Shown here piece after piece: positions 1 to 14,720 of a DNA stretch of 64,000 nt; the first letter of the stretch is position 1, and each line of letters opens with the position of its first letter. The DNA comes from Chrysomallon squamiferum (taxonomy: Eukaryota; Animalia; Mollusca). Under the pieces are notes generated by a model that saw only the letters and a program-made list of their open reading frames with translations, was not told the origin of the DNA and did not search any database. The translations under genes were made by a program, and so were the position numbers. The DNA lies in assembly GCA_012295275.1 (NCBI GenBank), contig CM022672.1:35712001-35776000 (forward strand). Reading direction: 5' to 3'.

Positions 1-147
1 AACATGTTGGGAAATTTTAAATTTCTTTGTCATTTTATTATATAAATTTGCAGGATATTTTGCAACATAATTATTTAATTGTTACCACTGTTCTGTACTC
101 TACAAGAATAAAAAAAAAATGGTGAAAATACAGAAAAACAGAATGTG

Positions 148-1605
148 TAGAGATAAATAGATATAGATTGACAGACAGATAGACAGAAAGGTAGAGATAG
201 ATAGATATAGACTGACAGACAGACAGAAAGGTAGAGATAAATAGATATAGATTGACAGACAGATAGACAGAAAGGTAGAGATAAACAGATATAGATTGAC
301 AGACAGATAGACAGAAAGGTAGAGATAAATAGATATAGACTGACAGACAGATAGACAGAAAGGTAGAGATAAATAGATATAGACTGACAGACAGACAGAA
401 AGGTAGAGATAAACAGATATAGATTGACAGACAGATAGACAGAAAGGTAGAGATAAACAGATATAGATTGACAGACAGATAGACAGAAAGGTAGAGATAA
501 ACAGATATAGATTGACAGACAGATAGACAGAAAGGTAGAGATAAACAGATATAGATTGACAGACAGATAGACAGAAAGGTAGAGATAAACAGATATAGAT
601 TGACAGACAGATAGACAGAAAGGTAGAGATAAACAGATATAGATTGACAGACAGATAGACAGAAAGGTAGAGATAAACAGATATAGACTGACAGACAGAT
701 AGACAGAAAGGTAGAGATAAATAGATATAGACTGACAGACAGACAGAAAGGTAGAGATAAACAGATATAGATTGAGAGACAGATAGACAGAAAGATAGAG
801 ATAAACAGATATAGATTGACAGACAGATAGACAGAAAGATAGAGATAAACAGATATAGATTGAGAGACAGACAGAAAGGTAGAGATAAACAGATATAGAC
901 TGACAGATAGACAGAAAGGTAGAGATAAACAGATATAGATTGACAGACAGACAGACAGAAAGGTAGAGATAAACAGATATAGATTGACGGACAGATAGAC
1001 AGAAAGGTAGAGATATATAGATATAGACTGACAGACAGATAGACAGAAAGATAGAGATAAACAGATATAGATTGACAGACAGATAGACAAAAACTAGAGA
1101 TAAACAGATATAGATTGACAGACAGATAGACAGACAGAAAGAGATAAATAGATATAGATTGACAGACAGATAGATAGAAACGTAGAGATAAATAGATATA
1201 GATTGAGAGCCAGAGAGAAAGGTAGAGATAAATAAATATAGATTGACAGATAGAAAGATATAGACAGATATAGACAGACAGACAGACAGAAAGTAGAGAT
1301 TAATATAGATTGACAGACAGATAGATAGAAAAGTAGAGATATATAGATATAGATTGACAGACAGGGAAAGGTAGAGATAAATATAGATTGACATACAGGG
1401 ATAGAAAAGTAGAGATAAATAGATATAGATTGACAGACAGACAGAAAGGTAGAGATAGATATAGACTGACAGACAGACAGACAGACAGACAGACAGAGAG
1501 AGAGACAAAGGTATATAAACAGATGGACAGACAGGCAGAAAGGTAAAGATAAATAAACTGAGACACAGGGAAACAGAAAGGTAGAGATAAATAGACTGAC
1601 AGACA
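148..1605. repeat. Minisatellite, ~44-bp purine-rich unit (AGACAGAAAGGTAGAGATAAACAGATATAGATTGACAGACAGAT)
   Basis: Unit is repeated near-perfectly to ~1100 and then degenerates; it explains the spurious ORFs 71..1705. Confidence 0.95.
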
Positions 1606-1860
1606 TGTAGAACATGTTATTCTCATGCCCTATAACAATAAATTGATATTTTTTAGATAATCCTGACTGATGGATAGTTTGAGAGATAGAGAGACAGACA
1701 GACACATAGGTAGATTGATTTTATCTTTTCCTCTGTGTCAACACACCTATCTACCTAGCAATGTAGGTCTTAAATTCTAGCTTTCCCTGTCGGATCATGT
1801 AATTATAATCAGTTATAAAATATCATATTAATCTTGCATGATCATTCATTTTAATCATTT

Positions 1861-2236
1861 AATTTCTGATATTGTTTATAAAAAAATATGAATTTCTGAT
1901 ATTGTTTATAAAGTGTAGTTTAATTTCTATTTGTTTATAAAAAAGTGTATTGTTTAATTTCTGATATTGTTTATAAAAAATGTATTAATTTCTTATATTG
2001 TTTATAAAAAATATTAATTTCTATTGTTTATAGTGTATTGTTTAATTTCTGGTATTGTTTATTAAAAAGTGTAGTTTAATTTCTGATATTGTTTATAAAG
2101 TGTATTAATTTCTGATATTGTTTATAAAAAAGTGTATTAATTTCTGATATTGTTTATAAAGTGTATTGTTTAATTTCTGATATTGTTTATAAAATGTGTA
2201 TTGTTTAATTTCTGATATTGTTTATTAAAAAGTGTA
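1861..2236. repeat. AT-rich minisatellite, ~30-36-bp unit (AATTTCTGATATTGTTTATAAAAAGTGTATT)
   Basis: About 11 variant copies visible. Confidence 0.9.
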
Positions 2237-5200
2237 TCAATCTGGAAGCTCCTTTGTGTTTCACAGTGTATATTCTACAGAATAAATTATTTACAATCAG
2301 TTTGTAATTACCCGTTGTAATCTGTCATGTAGCCTAATCTCAACTGTACTTAGTTAATATTGCCTTTTCATCTGTTCCTGGGATACCTAACATAATTAGA
2401 AATGACATCAAGACAACCTCTGTATTTCTAGTCACAAACATAATGTGTAACATCTTACACAAAATTATCTTTATCCCATGTAGCTTCTCAGATTTGCATT
2501 TATAATCCTTAATAATGTTACTAAAAAGTCCTCTATATATCTCTTCATGCACACTGGGTTTCTCCTTTCAAATAATATACCAATATAAATCAGTGGTTGA
2601 AGGAAGGATAGAAAGAGAGAAAGGAAGATGAATATAGAAGTCAGATACACATGAACAGAATGTGTGTGTGTTGGTATGTGAGTTCATATGGATGGCATAG
2701 CTTTCATTTCTGAGTGTGTATGTTATTTGATAATTGCCTTACACACACAAAAACATTATTACTCATTTATAATGACTACAAAAATATTCTAGGCAAACAA
2801 CATTAATTTATTAAAATATGTTTATTATTAGACTAAATTTATACTTGAAATTTTTTAAAATGACATTCAGGCTTGAAACATGATAAGAAAAATATAAATT
2901 TGCATTTCCCTGCTACTGAAAACAAAAGAGAGTGAAAGAAAAGTTTGACAAGAGTGTTCAGAATTATGAATAAAAGGAATTGGAAATAATAATAAATTAT
3001 CACAATATATATAAAAATACACAGTAACAAAACATGCTGCCAAAATTTTATAATACTTTTTATGATGTTCTTTTATGAGATTAGAACTAAATGAAATTAT
3101 TTGACGTGCTTTTATTTTAGTCTTTTCTTCTTTTTTGTTTGATAATATTTTTAAAATTCATCCATAAAAGAAGAATTTAATTTTTAATTTTTTTCTAAAT
3201 GAACCATTACTCCAAATTGATTATATTTTATATGAAATAAAAAAATGTTTTAATAGGATTATTTTAAAGACTATGCTATTTATCATATGCTGCTCAGGAA
3301 AATATTGCCAAAGATGGCTGCAGATATTTTGGAAGAACACAAAACTACATAATCTGCTAATATACGGATTTTCAGTTGTTAAAGCTATATTTTACATTTT
3401 TAACAGGAGTTTTCAATTTTATAGACAAAACTGCATTATAATTCAATTTATTCTTATTTATACTTGTTTAAACTGATTTGAATCAGATCTGACTAAATTT
3501 TGATTGTGGTACTGATAGCTAAAACAATGACTGGACTGTAGTCACTGCACACACTCACATGCACTCAATCTGAGACAAGTGTGGAGTAATAACTGATTTT
3601 TAAAGTTATACATAACAAAAGATTTTTTAAAATATACTTTTTTTAATTTCCCACTTTTCCTTCAAGCAATGACATAGTTATTGCTGTGCTATCAGTAAGT
3701 TATTATAAATCTGTATAATAGATTAATGCTAAAACTATGTTTTATGCCTTTAGTACAATCTTTTCAACTTTATTTATCATTTATGTACATTAACAAAAAT
3801 TTTGTTTCAAAAGTAATCATTTTTAATATCAACTTAATATCAATACAGGAATCATTTCCATTTATTAAAATTTATCTACATTTATAAAAATCTAATTAAT
3901 GTATATAATGAATGATTATGTAAAATACGCATGCAAATGTTTTTAAAATTACATTTGTAAACAAACTACAAAAATATTTTTAAAAAGTAAATAAATAAAA
4001 ATTATAAATTCAAATCTTTTATTTCTATTGAGATATAATTCCATTATTTATGAATTTTCACTCCTGAACATATTTTTAAATCAGATGTTTATTTTTGAAA
4101 AATGAAACAACTGAACTGTAGTATTTATTTTTTATCATTGTTTTCAAATCTATAAATTTCTTCCCATATCGGATCTTGTTAGGTCAGAAGTAACTTTTCA
4201 AATAAATGACTGTGTGGAATATGACGTACAAATCTATTTTCTATACAAAAATATAAAAGAACAGAAATTTTATCACAGTCATTGCCTCAAGAACATTTCT
4301 TAATATACTCACCAGAAAAACAAATGCTGTTTCTTGATTCCTAAAAGCTATTTTAAAATTAATTACAATAATCTTAAAAAAAAAAAAAAAAATAATAAAT
4401 AAAAAAGAAGAAAAAAGAAAAAAGAAAAGAAAAGAAAAGAAAAGAAAAGAGTATTTTAAACTAAAATAAATATTTATACAAATCAGTCTTCTGGTTTATC
4501 CATACAAAATAAATTAATTTTCTTACTTATTTCCATTCTAACACACACACACACATGAATACATGCACGCACATGCACAAACGCACACACACACTCACAC
4601 TAATAATAATAATAATAATAAATAGGCAGACTCCAAAATGAAGTAAAAATTATAATTTCACTATTAAGTATTGTAATAATTACATATAAAATTATTTTTT
4701 AGTTCATGTTAGCAACTGTAGGAAAGAATTTTTTTTTAGTAGAAACAGCATTCAGTTAATTTCTAGTCGCTAAATGCAAATGTATCTACGTAATGCTCTC
4801 ATTTTGCCAATGTAGACTTTTTAATTTTTTATTTATATTTTTTTATAATTGCCCTTTTTCTGCATTGCTTCATCTATCCCATGAAAAAGGGAACTCATCA
4901 ATGGTCTCACTATTATTATTCTCTTTTTTTAAACACTGGCACTACTCACAAAATGTATTGTAGTAATAAAAGTAGTTGAGTATACAGGGTAAAACTAAGC
5001 GCAGACAAATAAATAAATAAAAGAGCTGTACAACAAACTGTTCCAAATAAATAATCACAGTTGTTAACACTGATGTGGATGTAGTGTCGATGTTGCAGAA
5101 TGTCACTGCTGCTGTTTGTGAATAATGTTTTACTCACTGGAGATGTTTGGAGATTTTTGTGTTGTGTTCACGTTGAAGTGGTTTTTAGCAATCACACATC

Positions 5201-5345
5201 AACAGTGGAAGTCTCCGATTATCATAGCAGTGCTCTTTTTACACACACAATGTTCACAGATCTTGATATCAAAATTCTTTTCCTGCAACTGATTTGTTGA
5301 AGAAATTCAGACAGTTTTATTTTTAACATCTGTTTTTTCACACAT

Positions 5346-5989
5346 CTACGTGGCAGTCGGCCGCTGCTGACGTTTCTGGAAGATTCCGTTGATCGTGCTA
5401 ACAGTGTCACTCAACAACGACTCGAATATTGTGTCAGTCAGCTGCATCTTTATAGCGACCTCATCCTCGTCGTAGTTCACCCAGTTTGCCTCCTCGTCCC
5501 TCAGCTCCTGCACCAGAATGTTATCCACGTGATCCTTCTTTTTACGAATGTTCCACTTGTTTAGAGTTTTGTCCTTTTTGTGAGTGCCGAGGATTTCGTT
5601 GACAGCGTTCTGAACGACTGGCTTGAGAACTTCCACTGTGCCAGGTGGGGTCAGTCCTTTGTAGTATTTCGCTTGTTTTGGTTTTGGTTTCTGCCACGGA
5701 GGTGGATCCACTTGGTTTTCGTCTTTGTAAATGTCCTGTATGATTTCACCAGTCAGGTTGAACAGCAGCTGTTTGTAGACTCGTCTGCTGCTGGAGGCCA
5801 GGCCGTCCTCGTGGTCGTCTGAACTGAAGTAGCTGTCGCTCGGCTTTGTGTGCTCCAGGGACTCGCCACAGCAACGTTTGTTCCAGAAGATGTTGACGGC
5901 GTTGGCGACAATCTCATCAACCTCGGCTCTCTCGTGAGGAACAGCGTAAAAAACTTCATCCGACACCATCGGATTCACTTCAGAAACTG
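5346..5989 (-). CDS. CEP350: CEP350 last coding exon (conserved C-terminal region, DUF4378-like)
   Basis: Acceptor gtgccag|CA (phase 1); AVPHERAEV...RRVYKQLLFNLTGEI...KKDHVDNILVQELRDEEANWVNYDEDEVAIKMQLTDTIFESLLSDT; TAG at 5346-5348. Confidence 0.95.
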
Positions 5990-6360
5990 CTGGCACAAAA
6001 CACAATTTTATTTTAGACTATATATTCCATAGATTACATTCACTATGCTTAATGAATATAATAATTTAATACTATGCATAATAAATAATAACTATCACAT
6101 ACTTTACCATTATAAACTTAAAAAATGTAATAACATATCTATTATAAATAATTAAAGATATTTCAGTTATACGTTACTCTTATTGACTTCCAACATTTAA
6201 AAAAAACAAAATTCTGCATTATAGTGGTTTATATTACTATAAAATAAAATATAGCTAGTAAATAAATATCAAAAATAATTTAATCACAATCTCTAGAACA
6301 TTAAATATCTATTTAACTGTTAAAATTATTACTGAGCAGAATTTTTTTTTACACTGTATG

Positions 6361-8492
<2,132 letters not shown>

Positions 8493-8515
8493 TGGGTGGG
8501 TGTTTTTCTACTTAC

Positions 8516-8633
8516 AACTGCCAGGGTAAGGTGGAGGAGGCTTGTGACCAAAGCCAAGATCGTCATCAAAAAATTCTCCATCTTCTATACCAAGCAATCC
8601 ATCCAAATCCTTTCCTAACTGAACTTGTTCTAG
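8516..8633 (-). CDS. CEP350: CEP350 exon (LEQVQLGKDLDGLLGIEDGEFFDDDLGFGHKPPPPYPGS)
   Basis: ttgcag| ... |gtaagt; 118 nt, phase 0 to 1. Confidence 0.9.
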
Positions 8634-8841
8634 CTGCAAAAGCAGGTTATTAATTATATCTTTTAAAAATCAAAAAAATCCTCTCATGTGATGTGAACAA
8701 TATGCAATTCATTTAAATAATAAGACAAGATAGGTAGAGGAAAAAACAAAGACAGACAGACAGTAAGAGATGAAGAGACAGACAGACAGTAAGAGACAAA
8801 GAGACAGACAGACAGATATGTATTTTCTGTGATGTTTTTAC

Positions 8842-10766
8842 CTGCTGGTGTTCAGGACTTGACCCAGGAACTGGTGAAACAGGTCGTATTATTGGTGTAT
8901 CAGCTACCAAATCCTCTGTCACAGCAACATCATTCACATCAGCCTTGTTAACATGCTGCTGTCGCTGCTTTCTTCTTATCTCCATCATCTGACTGATAGC
9001 ATCATCCATCAAGTTGTTAATTACAGTGTTTGCAACATTATCAGCCTTGAGTTTCTTAGCATCCACTTCATCTGCCTTTTTGATTTCATCCACTTTCTGA
9101 TTATCAGTTTCATCCACCTCAGGTCTCTCTTCATTCACTTCACAAATCTGGGATTTCTGTTCATCCACTTCACAAATCTGGAGTTCCTGTTCATCCACTT
9201 CACGAATCTGGGGTTCCTGTTCATCCACTTCACAAATCTGGGTTTCCTGTTTATCTACATCATCTGTCTTAAGAGTCTGTGCTACTGTGGTGTCACGTTT
9301 GGGCATTTTTGGCTTCGGAAAGACTGGAGGTGGTACTTTTTTAACAGCATTTTTTTCATTTATCATCTCAAATGTTTTGAAACATTCACTGAGAAGTGAT
9401 TCAGTCAGCTCGTTTGTTATATTTTCTGCAATGTGATTCAAATTGCTTGTTTTCTCCACAGTCAGTTTGTCTTCATCTTTCACCTGGACACCTTCTTTCT
9501 GTGAATCAACGACCTCAGAATCAAAGAGTTCCACATTTTTGGCAGCACCTTCAATAACTTTATCAAGTTCATTGTCAGTAGTAGCAGAAATATCTGACTC
9601 ATCCTGGTAAACAAAAGTTTCCTCATCTTTAATTTCCTGTTCTGGAATGTGAGTGATGTCGCTGCCAGGAACCAAAATACCATGTTGAGCTTTGCAGAGA
9701 AAATACTGCACACCTCCCGTGCTGCCATCCATGTCCCCCTCAGCATCATCTAACTCCACCCCCGCCCATATCCCTGGGGCAAACTCAACTTTACCCTTGT
9801 ACAGCAGCTGGCCACGTTTCCTTCCCCACACTATAACTGTGTCATTAATAGAAAACTCGGCTAGTGGATCAGTAAGCAGAAGAGCCCTGTTCTCTTCCTC
9901 GTCCACGGGTTCACCAAGCAGATCGTCCAGATCCTTGTCCAGCAGGGCAGCTCTGTGTGTCGCAGATTTCTTCTCCGATAGCGACGGCAGACTTGAGGAT
10001 ATGTGTTCACTGATATCATCGTTTGTCAGGACAACGGCTTTCTGCACTGTTGGAGTGACTGGAGCTTTCTCAGACTCCAGACTTAACAGTTCATCTTCAA
10101 CAAACGTCTCGCTGTAGTTGTTCTCACTGGACGCTCTCGACACTCTGTCATGTGACTCGCTCTCTGATTCGCCCTCATCTCTCTCAGCGAGTTCACACGA
10201 CGGCTTCCCAAGATCAATAAACGGAGCTTTACTGGATGCTTCCACTGTCTCAGACACTGACTCTTCAACAGCCTCCGATAAATCTGTCTCTGGCACACTT
10301 TTACTTTCCTCTGTCTCACTTTTTTTCTCTGCCTCCCTCTTATTTTTCTCTGACTCACTTTTACTTTTCTCTGCCTCACTTTTACTTTTTTCTGACTCAC
10401 TTTTATTTTTCTCTGCCTCACTCTTACTTCTCTCTGCCTCACTCTTATGTTTCTCTGCAGCTGTTGATATGACTGTGGATTCAGCTTCATCAACTTTCTC
10501 ACTGACATGTTCAGACTTAGACAGTTCCGCTGATACAGGTTCGCTGAGGTTTATTTTTAGCGACTGTGAATGTGCAGTTTCTGTCGCAATACTTTCGTCT
10601 TGAGAAGCTTCGTCAATAATTTCTGTGACGCAGCTTTCAGAATCTTTAGACTCGCTCTTTTGAACAGGAATCTTTGACTTACTCGATTCACTGGCTTCAG
10701 AGATGTGACCAAGTTTGGAAGATTTCACAGAAGTTGTATCGTCTGTCACAGCAGAAAGCTTTGGTT
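8842..10766 (-). CDS. CEP350: CEP350 large exon with CAP-Gly domain (~9655-9855)
   Basis: cccag|AA ... CAG|gtaaaa; 1925 nt open; GQLLYKGKVEFAPGIWAGVELDDAEGDMDGSTGGVQYFLCKAQHGILV is a CAP-Gly signature. Confidence 0.95.
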
Positions 10767-11219
10767 CTGGGAAAAACAAAACAAATATTTCTGACTTGGT
10801 ACCTCTTGCTAATTAAGAAGATTTATTTTATGTTATTTTTATCTTTTACTGTAATTAACACTAATGTGATGGTTTTTTTTTTGGAAGGACAAATTAGAAA
10901 GAAAAATGCAATGCTTTCTTTACAAGGAACTTAATATTTTGTGTAAATATTTAAGTTAAAAAGGAGCAACTAAAGTTATTTTACATAATTATTTCTTTTA
11001 GATTATTATTATTTTTTTTTTCTTAAGTCTACAATAAACAGAAATCTTGAAATTCCATTGCTTTAAGGAGAAATATCATTTGTTAATTCTTTTATTTTGT
11101 TGTTTCAAGAATGTTCTTTGTCATGTTGTTTCATAAGTTTACAGTTTGCTTTTTCAAAACAGGACCCTAATAATTTTTCTTTTATTAAATTTCCTCTGTA
11201 ACAAACAAATCTATTTTAC

Positions 11220-11466
11220 CTCTGCTGTCAGAAAAGACTGGAGAGGTTTGATTTGAGTCTGAACCATCGTGAGTTTCATCGAGACCGGAAGAGCTGCCGT
11301 TCTCTTGTTCATGCAGAGACTTTGTAGTTGACACATCGACTGAAATGCGACTTGTTTTCACAAGACTCTTTGGCTGTTTTATCTGAGGTTTGACAACCGA
11401 CTTGTCAGAGTCTTGTTCCAGGTCAGCATGCTCAGACTTCAGTTTGTCAATGTACAACCCGTAAGC
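11220..11466 (-). CDS. CEP350: CEP350 exon (AYGLYIDKLKSE...SDSR)
   Basis: ctgcaag|GCT ... G|gtaaaa; 247 nt, phase 0 to 1. Confidence 0.88.
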
Positions 11467-11694
11467 CTTGCAGAAAACAAACATTAAGTTTAAAAAAAAA
11501 AAAAAAAAAAAAATTGTAATAATTTATTTTTTATGTTTAAATTATTTTCAGAAGATTATATTATTATTAAAATATTTTTTTATATAAGCAGTATTATAAT
11601 TTTTACTGAGTTTCAAAACCAAAAGTATTAGCAATATTCTGTTTTATATATTATTAATACACCAAACAAAGAATGTTTATATTCTGAATGTCAC

Positions 11695-11898
11695 AATTTA
11701 CAAAGTTGTCTTGCAGTGATTTTTCTAATCAATTATTAAGATAAACAAAACCCCACAGGTAAATCAATTCTAAGAAAAGTTTTAAACAAACATGTTTTTC
11801 TATTTATGTCTGATAGTATTATAATTTATTTTTCAGTTTGAACATGATATAACAATAAAGGTTTGTATTATGAACATTTGAATGTATATCACTGAATT
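11695..11898 (+). repeat. Inverted copy of 21300-21512 (micro-exon plus flanking intron)
   Basis: Aligns by eye to the reverse complement of 21300-21512 at roughly 85-90% identity. Confidence 0.9.
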
Positions 11899-12312
11899 CA
11901 TCAAGGAAAAATCTTTCTGCTAACTTATTAATGACTAAAATGAACCCATCTCTCCAGTTTAGATATATCACTGTGATTATGGAGGACAGAAGAAACTAAT
12001 TTGTTTGACAAAGTACAGTCAAAGACACAAGATTTCCACTAAACCGTATACTGCAAGTTTAGAAACTGGTTAGAACTGGATCAACAGATTCATTATACGG
12101 TTCCTGCAAATTAAATGCAGCAAATGCTTGAATGGTTCAAATATTTTAAGAAGCATGTATTCCTCTGTCATTATTCACTGATGCTATGTTACTTGAAAAA
12201 ACACCTACACATACTTCTATAGCACAATTTGCATACATCCTCCATTCCATTTTACATGTAACAATGATTCCCATCATGTTTTGTTTTCTGTGTATGTGTC
12301 TGTGTCTATCTA

Positions 12313-12515
12313 CAGGGTGTCCCATAAAATTCCATACGTAGGAAAAATAAATGTTTTTATATGATATGGTCTACATGAGTGCAATTATGTTGAAAACACA
12401 TTTCAATGTGTGACCTCCACTGCTGAAGAACATGTTCAGGCACAGCTGGAGTTATGCTTGTAATGGCGTTGGTGATACATTGCTTGAGATGTACGGAAAT
12501 GTATGGGACACCCTG
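12313..12515 (-). mobile_element. Tc1/mariner-superfamily non-autonomous relic (203 bp) with transposase C-terminal remnant
   Basis: TA|CAGGGTGTCCCATAAAATTCCATAC ... GTACGGAAATGTATGGGACACCCTG|TA (25-bp TIR, TA TSD). Internal LKQCITNAITSITPAVPEHVLQQWRSHIEMCFQHNCTHVDHII* resembles the 'W..R...C....G.H.E' tail of Tc1/mariner transposases. Confidence 0.85.
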
Positions 12516-12542
12516 TATATTTAAAATGTACGTATACACTCA

Positions 12543-14283
12543 CAAACAACTCATCTAAATGTTTATATGTCCACCATTCACCTGAGTTTGATACAACAAC
12601 TCATCTAAATGTTTATGTCACCATTCACCTGATACAACAACTCATCTAAATGTTTATATGTCCACCATTCACCTGAGTTTGATATAACAACCCATCTACA
12701 TGTTTATGTCACCATTCACCTGATACAACAACTCATCTAAATGTTTATATGTCACCGTTCACCTGATACAACAACTCATCTAAATGTTTATATGTCACCG
12801 TTCACCTGAGTTTGATACAACTCATCTAAATGTTTATATGTCACCATTCACCTGAGTTTGATACAACTCATCTAAATGTTTATATGTCACTGTTCACCTG
12901 AGTTTGATATAACAACCCATCTACATGTTTATGTCACCATTCACCTGATACAACAACTCATCTAAATGTTTATATGTCACCATCCACCTGAGTTTGATAC
13001 AACAACCCATCTAAATGTTTATATGTCACCATTCACCTGAGTTTGATACAACAACTCATCTAAATGTTTATATGTCACCATCCACCTGAGTTTGATACAA
13101 CTCATCTAAATGTTTATATGTCACCATTCACCTGAGTTTGATACAACCATTCACCCACCCATCTAAAATGTTTGTATGTCACCATTCACCTGAGTTTGAT
13201 ACAACAACCCATCTAAATGTTTATATGTCACCATTCACCTGAGTTTGATACAACTCATCTAAATGTTTGTATGTCACCATTCACCTGAGTTTGATACAAC
13301 AACCCATCTAAATGTTTATATGTCACTATTCACCTGATACAACTCATCTAAATGTTTGTATGTCACCATTCACCTGATACAGCAACTCATCTAAATGTTT
13401 ATATGCCACCATTCACCTGATACAACAACCCATCTAAATGTTTGTATGTCACCATTCACCTGATACAGCAACTCATCTAAATGTTTATATGCCACCATTC
13501 ACCTGATACAACTCATCTAAATGTTTGTATGTCACCATTCACCTGATACAGCATCATCTAAATGTTTATATGCCACCATTCACCTGATACAACTCATCTA
13601 AATGTTTGTATGTCACCATTCACCTGATACAGCAACTCATCTAAATGCTTATATGTCACCATTCACCTGAGTTTGATACAACAACCCATCTAAATGTTTG
13701 TATGTCCACCATTCACCTGAGTTTGATACAACTCATCTAAATGTTTGTATGTCCACTATTCACCTGAGTTTGATACAACTCATCTAAATGTTTATATGTC
13801 ACCATTCACCTGAGTTTGATACAACAACTCATCTAAATGTTTATATGTCCACCATTCACCTGAGTTTGATACAACTCATCTAAATGTTTATATGTCACCA
13901 TTCACCTGATACAACAACCCATCTAAATGTTTATATGTCCACCATTCACCTGAGTTTGATACAACTCATCTAAATGTTTATATGTCACCATTCACCTGAG
14001 TTTGATACAACTCATCTAAATGTTTATGTCACCATTCACCTGATACAACAACTCATCTAAATGTTTATATGTCACCATTCACCTGAGTTTGATACAACAA
14101 CCCATCTAAATGTTTATATGTCACCATTCACCTGAGTTTGATACAACTCATCTAAATGTTTATATGTCACCATTCACCTGATACAGCAACTCATCTAAAT
14201 GTTTATATGTCACCATTCACCTGATACAACAACTCATCTAAATGTTTATATGTCACCATTCACCTGAGTTTCATACAACAACT
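12543..14283. repeat. Intronic minisatellite, ~38-50-bp unit (ACAACTCATCTAAATGTTTATATGTCACCATTCACCTGAGTTTGAT)
   Basis: About 38-40 copies; runs right up to the donor at 14286. Confidence 0.95.
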
Positions 14284-14286
14284 GAC

Positions 14287-14447
14287 CTCAATTTGTTTTT
14301 TCAAAGCCTCTTCGTGTGCTTTCATCTTGTCTTTCTGCTTCTTTTTCCGTTCTCGCTTCAGGATGTCGACTTCTTTCTTTCTACGAAGCAGCTCATCGCT
14401 GAGTTGACGGATGCGAACCTCGTAATCACTGGCGTCTGACAGCGTCT
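14287..14447 (-). CDS. CEP350: CEP350 exon, coiled coil (ETLSDASDYEVRIRQLSDELLRRKKEVDILKRERKKKQKDKMKAHEEALKKQIE)
   Basis: ttacag|AG ... GAG|gtcagt; 161 nt, phase 1 to 0; resembles the recalled CEP350 'SDQSDIEGRIRALKDEL' block. Confidence 0.92.
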
Positions 14448-14469
14448 CTGTAACAACAACACAGACAAC

Positions 14470-14720
14470 ATAGTAAAATCAACAAGACAAAGGTCTTTTT
14501 CTCAGTAAACTGCATCAAACACAAAGTTCTTTCTCTCAGTAAATTGCATCAACCAACACAGTAAAATCAACAACACAAAGTTCTTTCTCTCAGTAAACTG
14601 CATCAAACACAGTAAAATCAAATAACACAAATTCTTTCTCTCAGTAAACTGCATCAAATAACAACACAAAGTTCTTTCTCTCAGTAAACTGCATCAAATA
14701 ACACAGTAAAATCAAATAAC
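14470..14720. repeat. Minisatellite, ~40-55-bp unit (CACAAAGTTCTTTCTCTCAGTAAACTGCATCAA)
   Basis: About 5 copies next to the acceptor at 14448. Confidence 0.85.

Noticed and set aside
71-1705. Long minus-strand ORFs (339, 477, 203 aa)
   Set aside because: Translations of the 44-bp repeat, open in several frames; low-complexity S/L/C/Y/I
2700-5345. Polyadenylation site of CEP350
   Set aside because: Many AATAAA-like hexamers in AT-rich DNA; cannot choose one without transcript data
8953-10603. Plus-strand and alternative-frame ORFs over the large exon
   Set aside because: Antisense or off-frame shadows of the CEP350 exon with no independent coding signal
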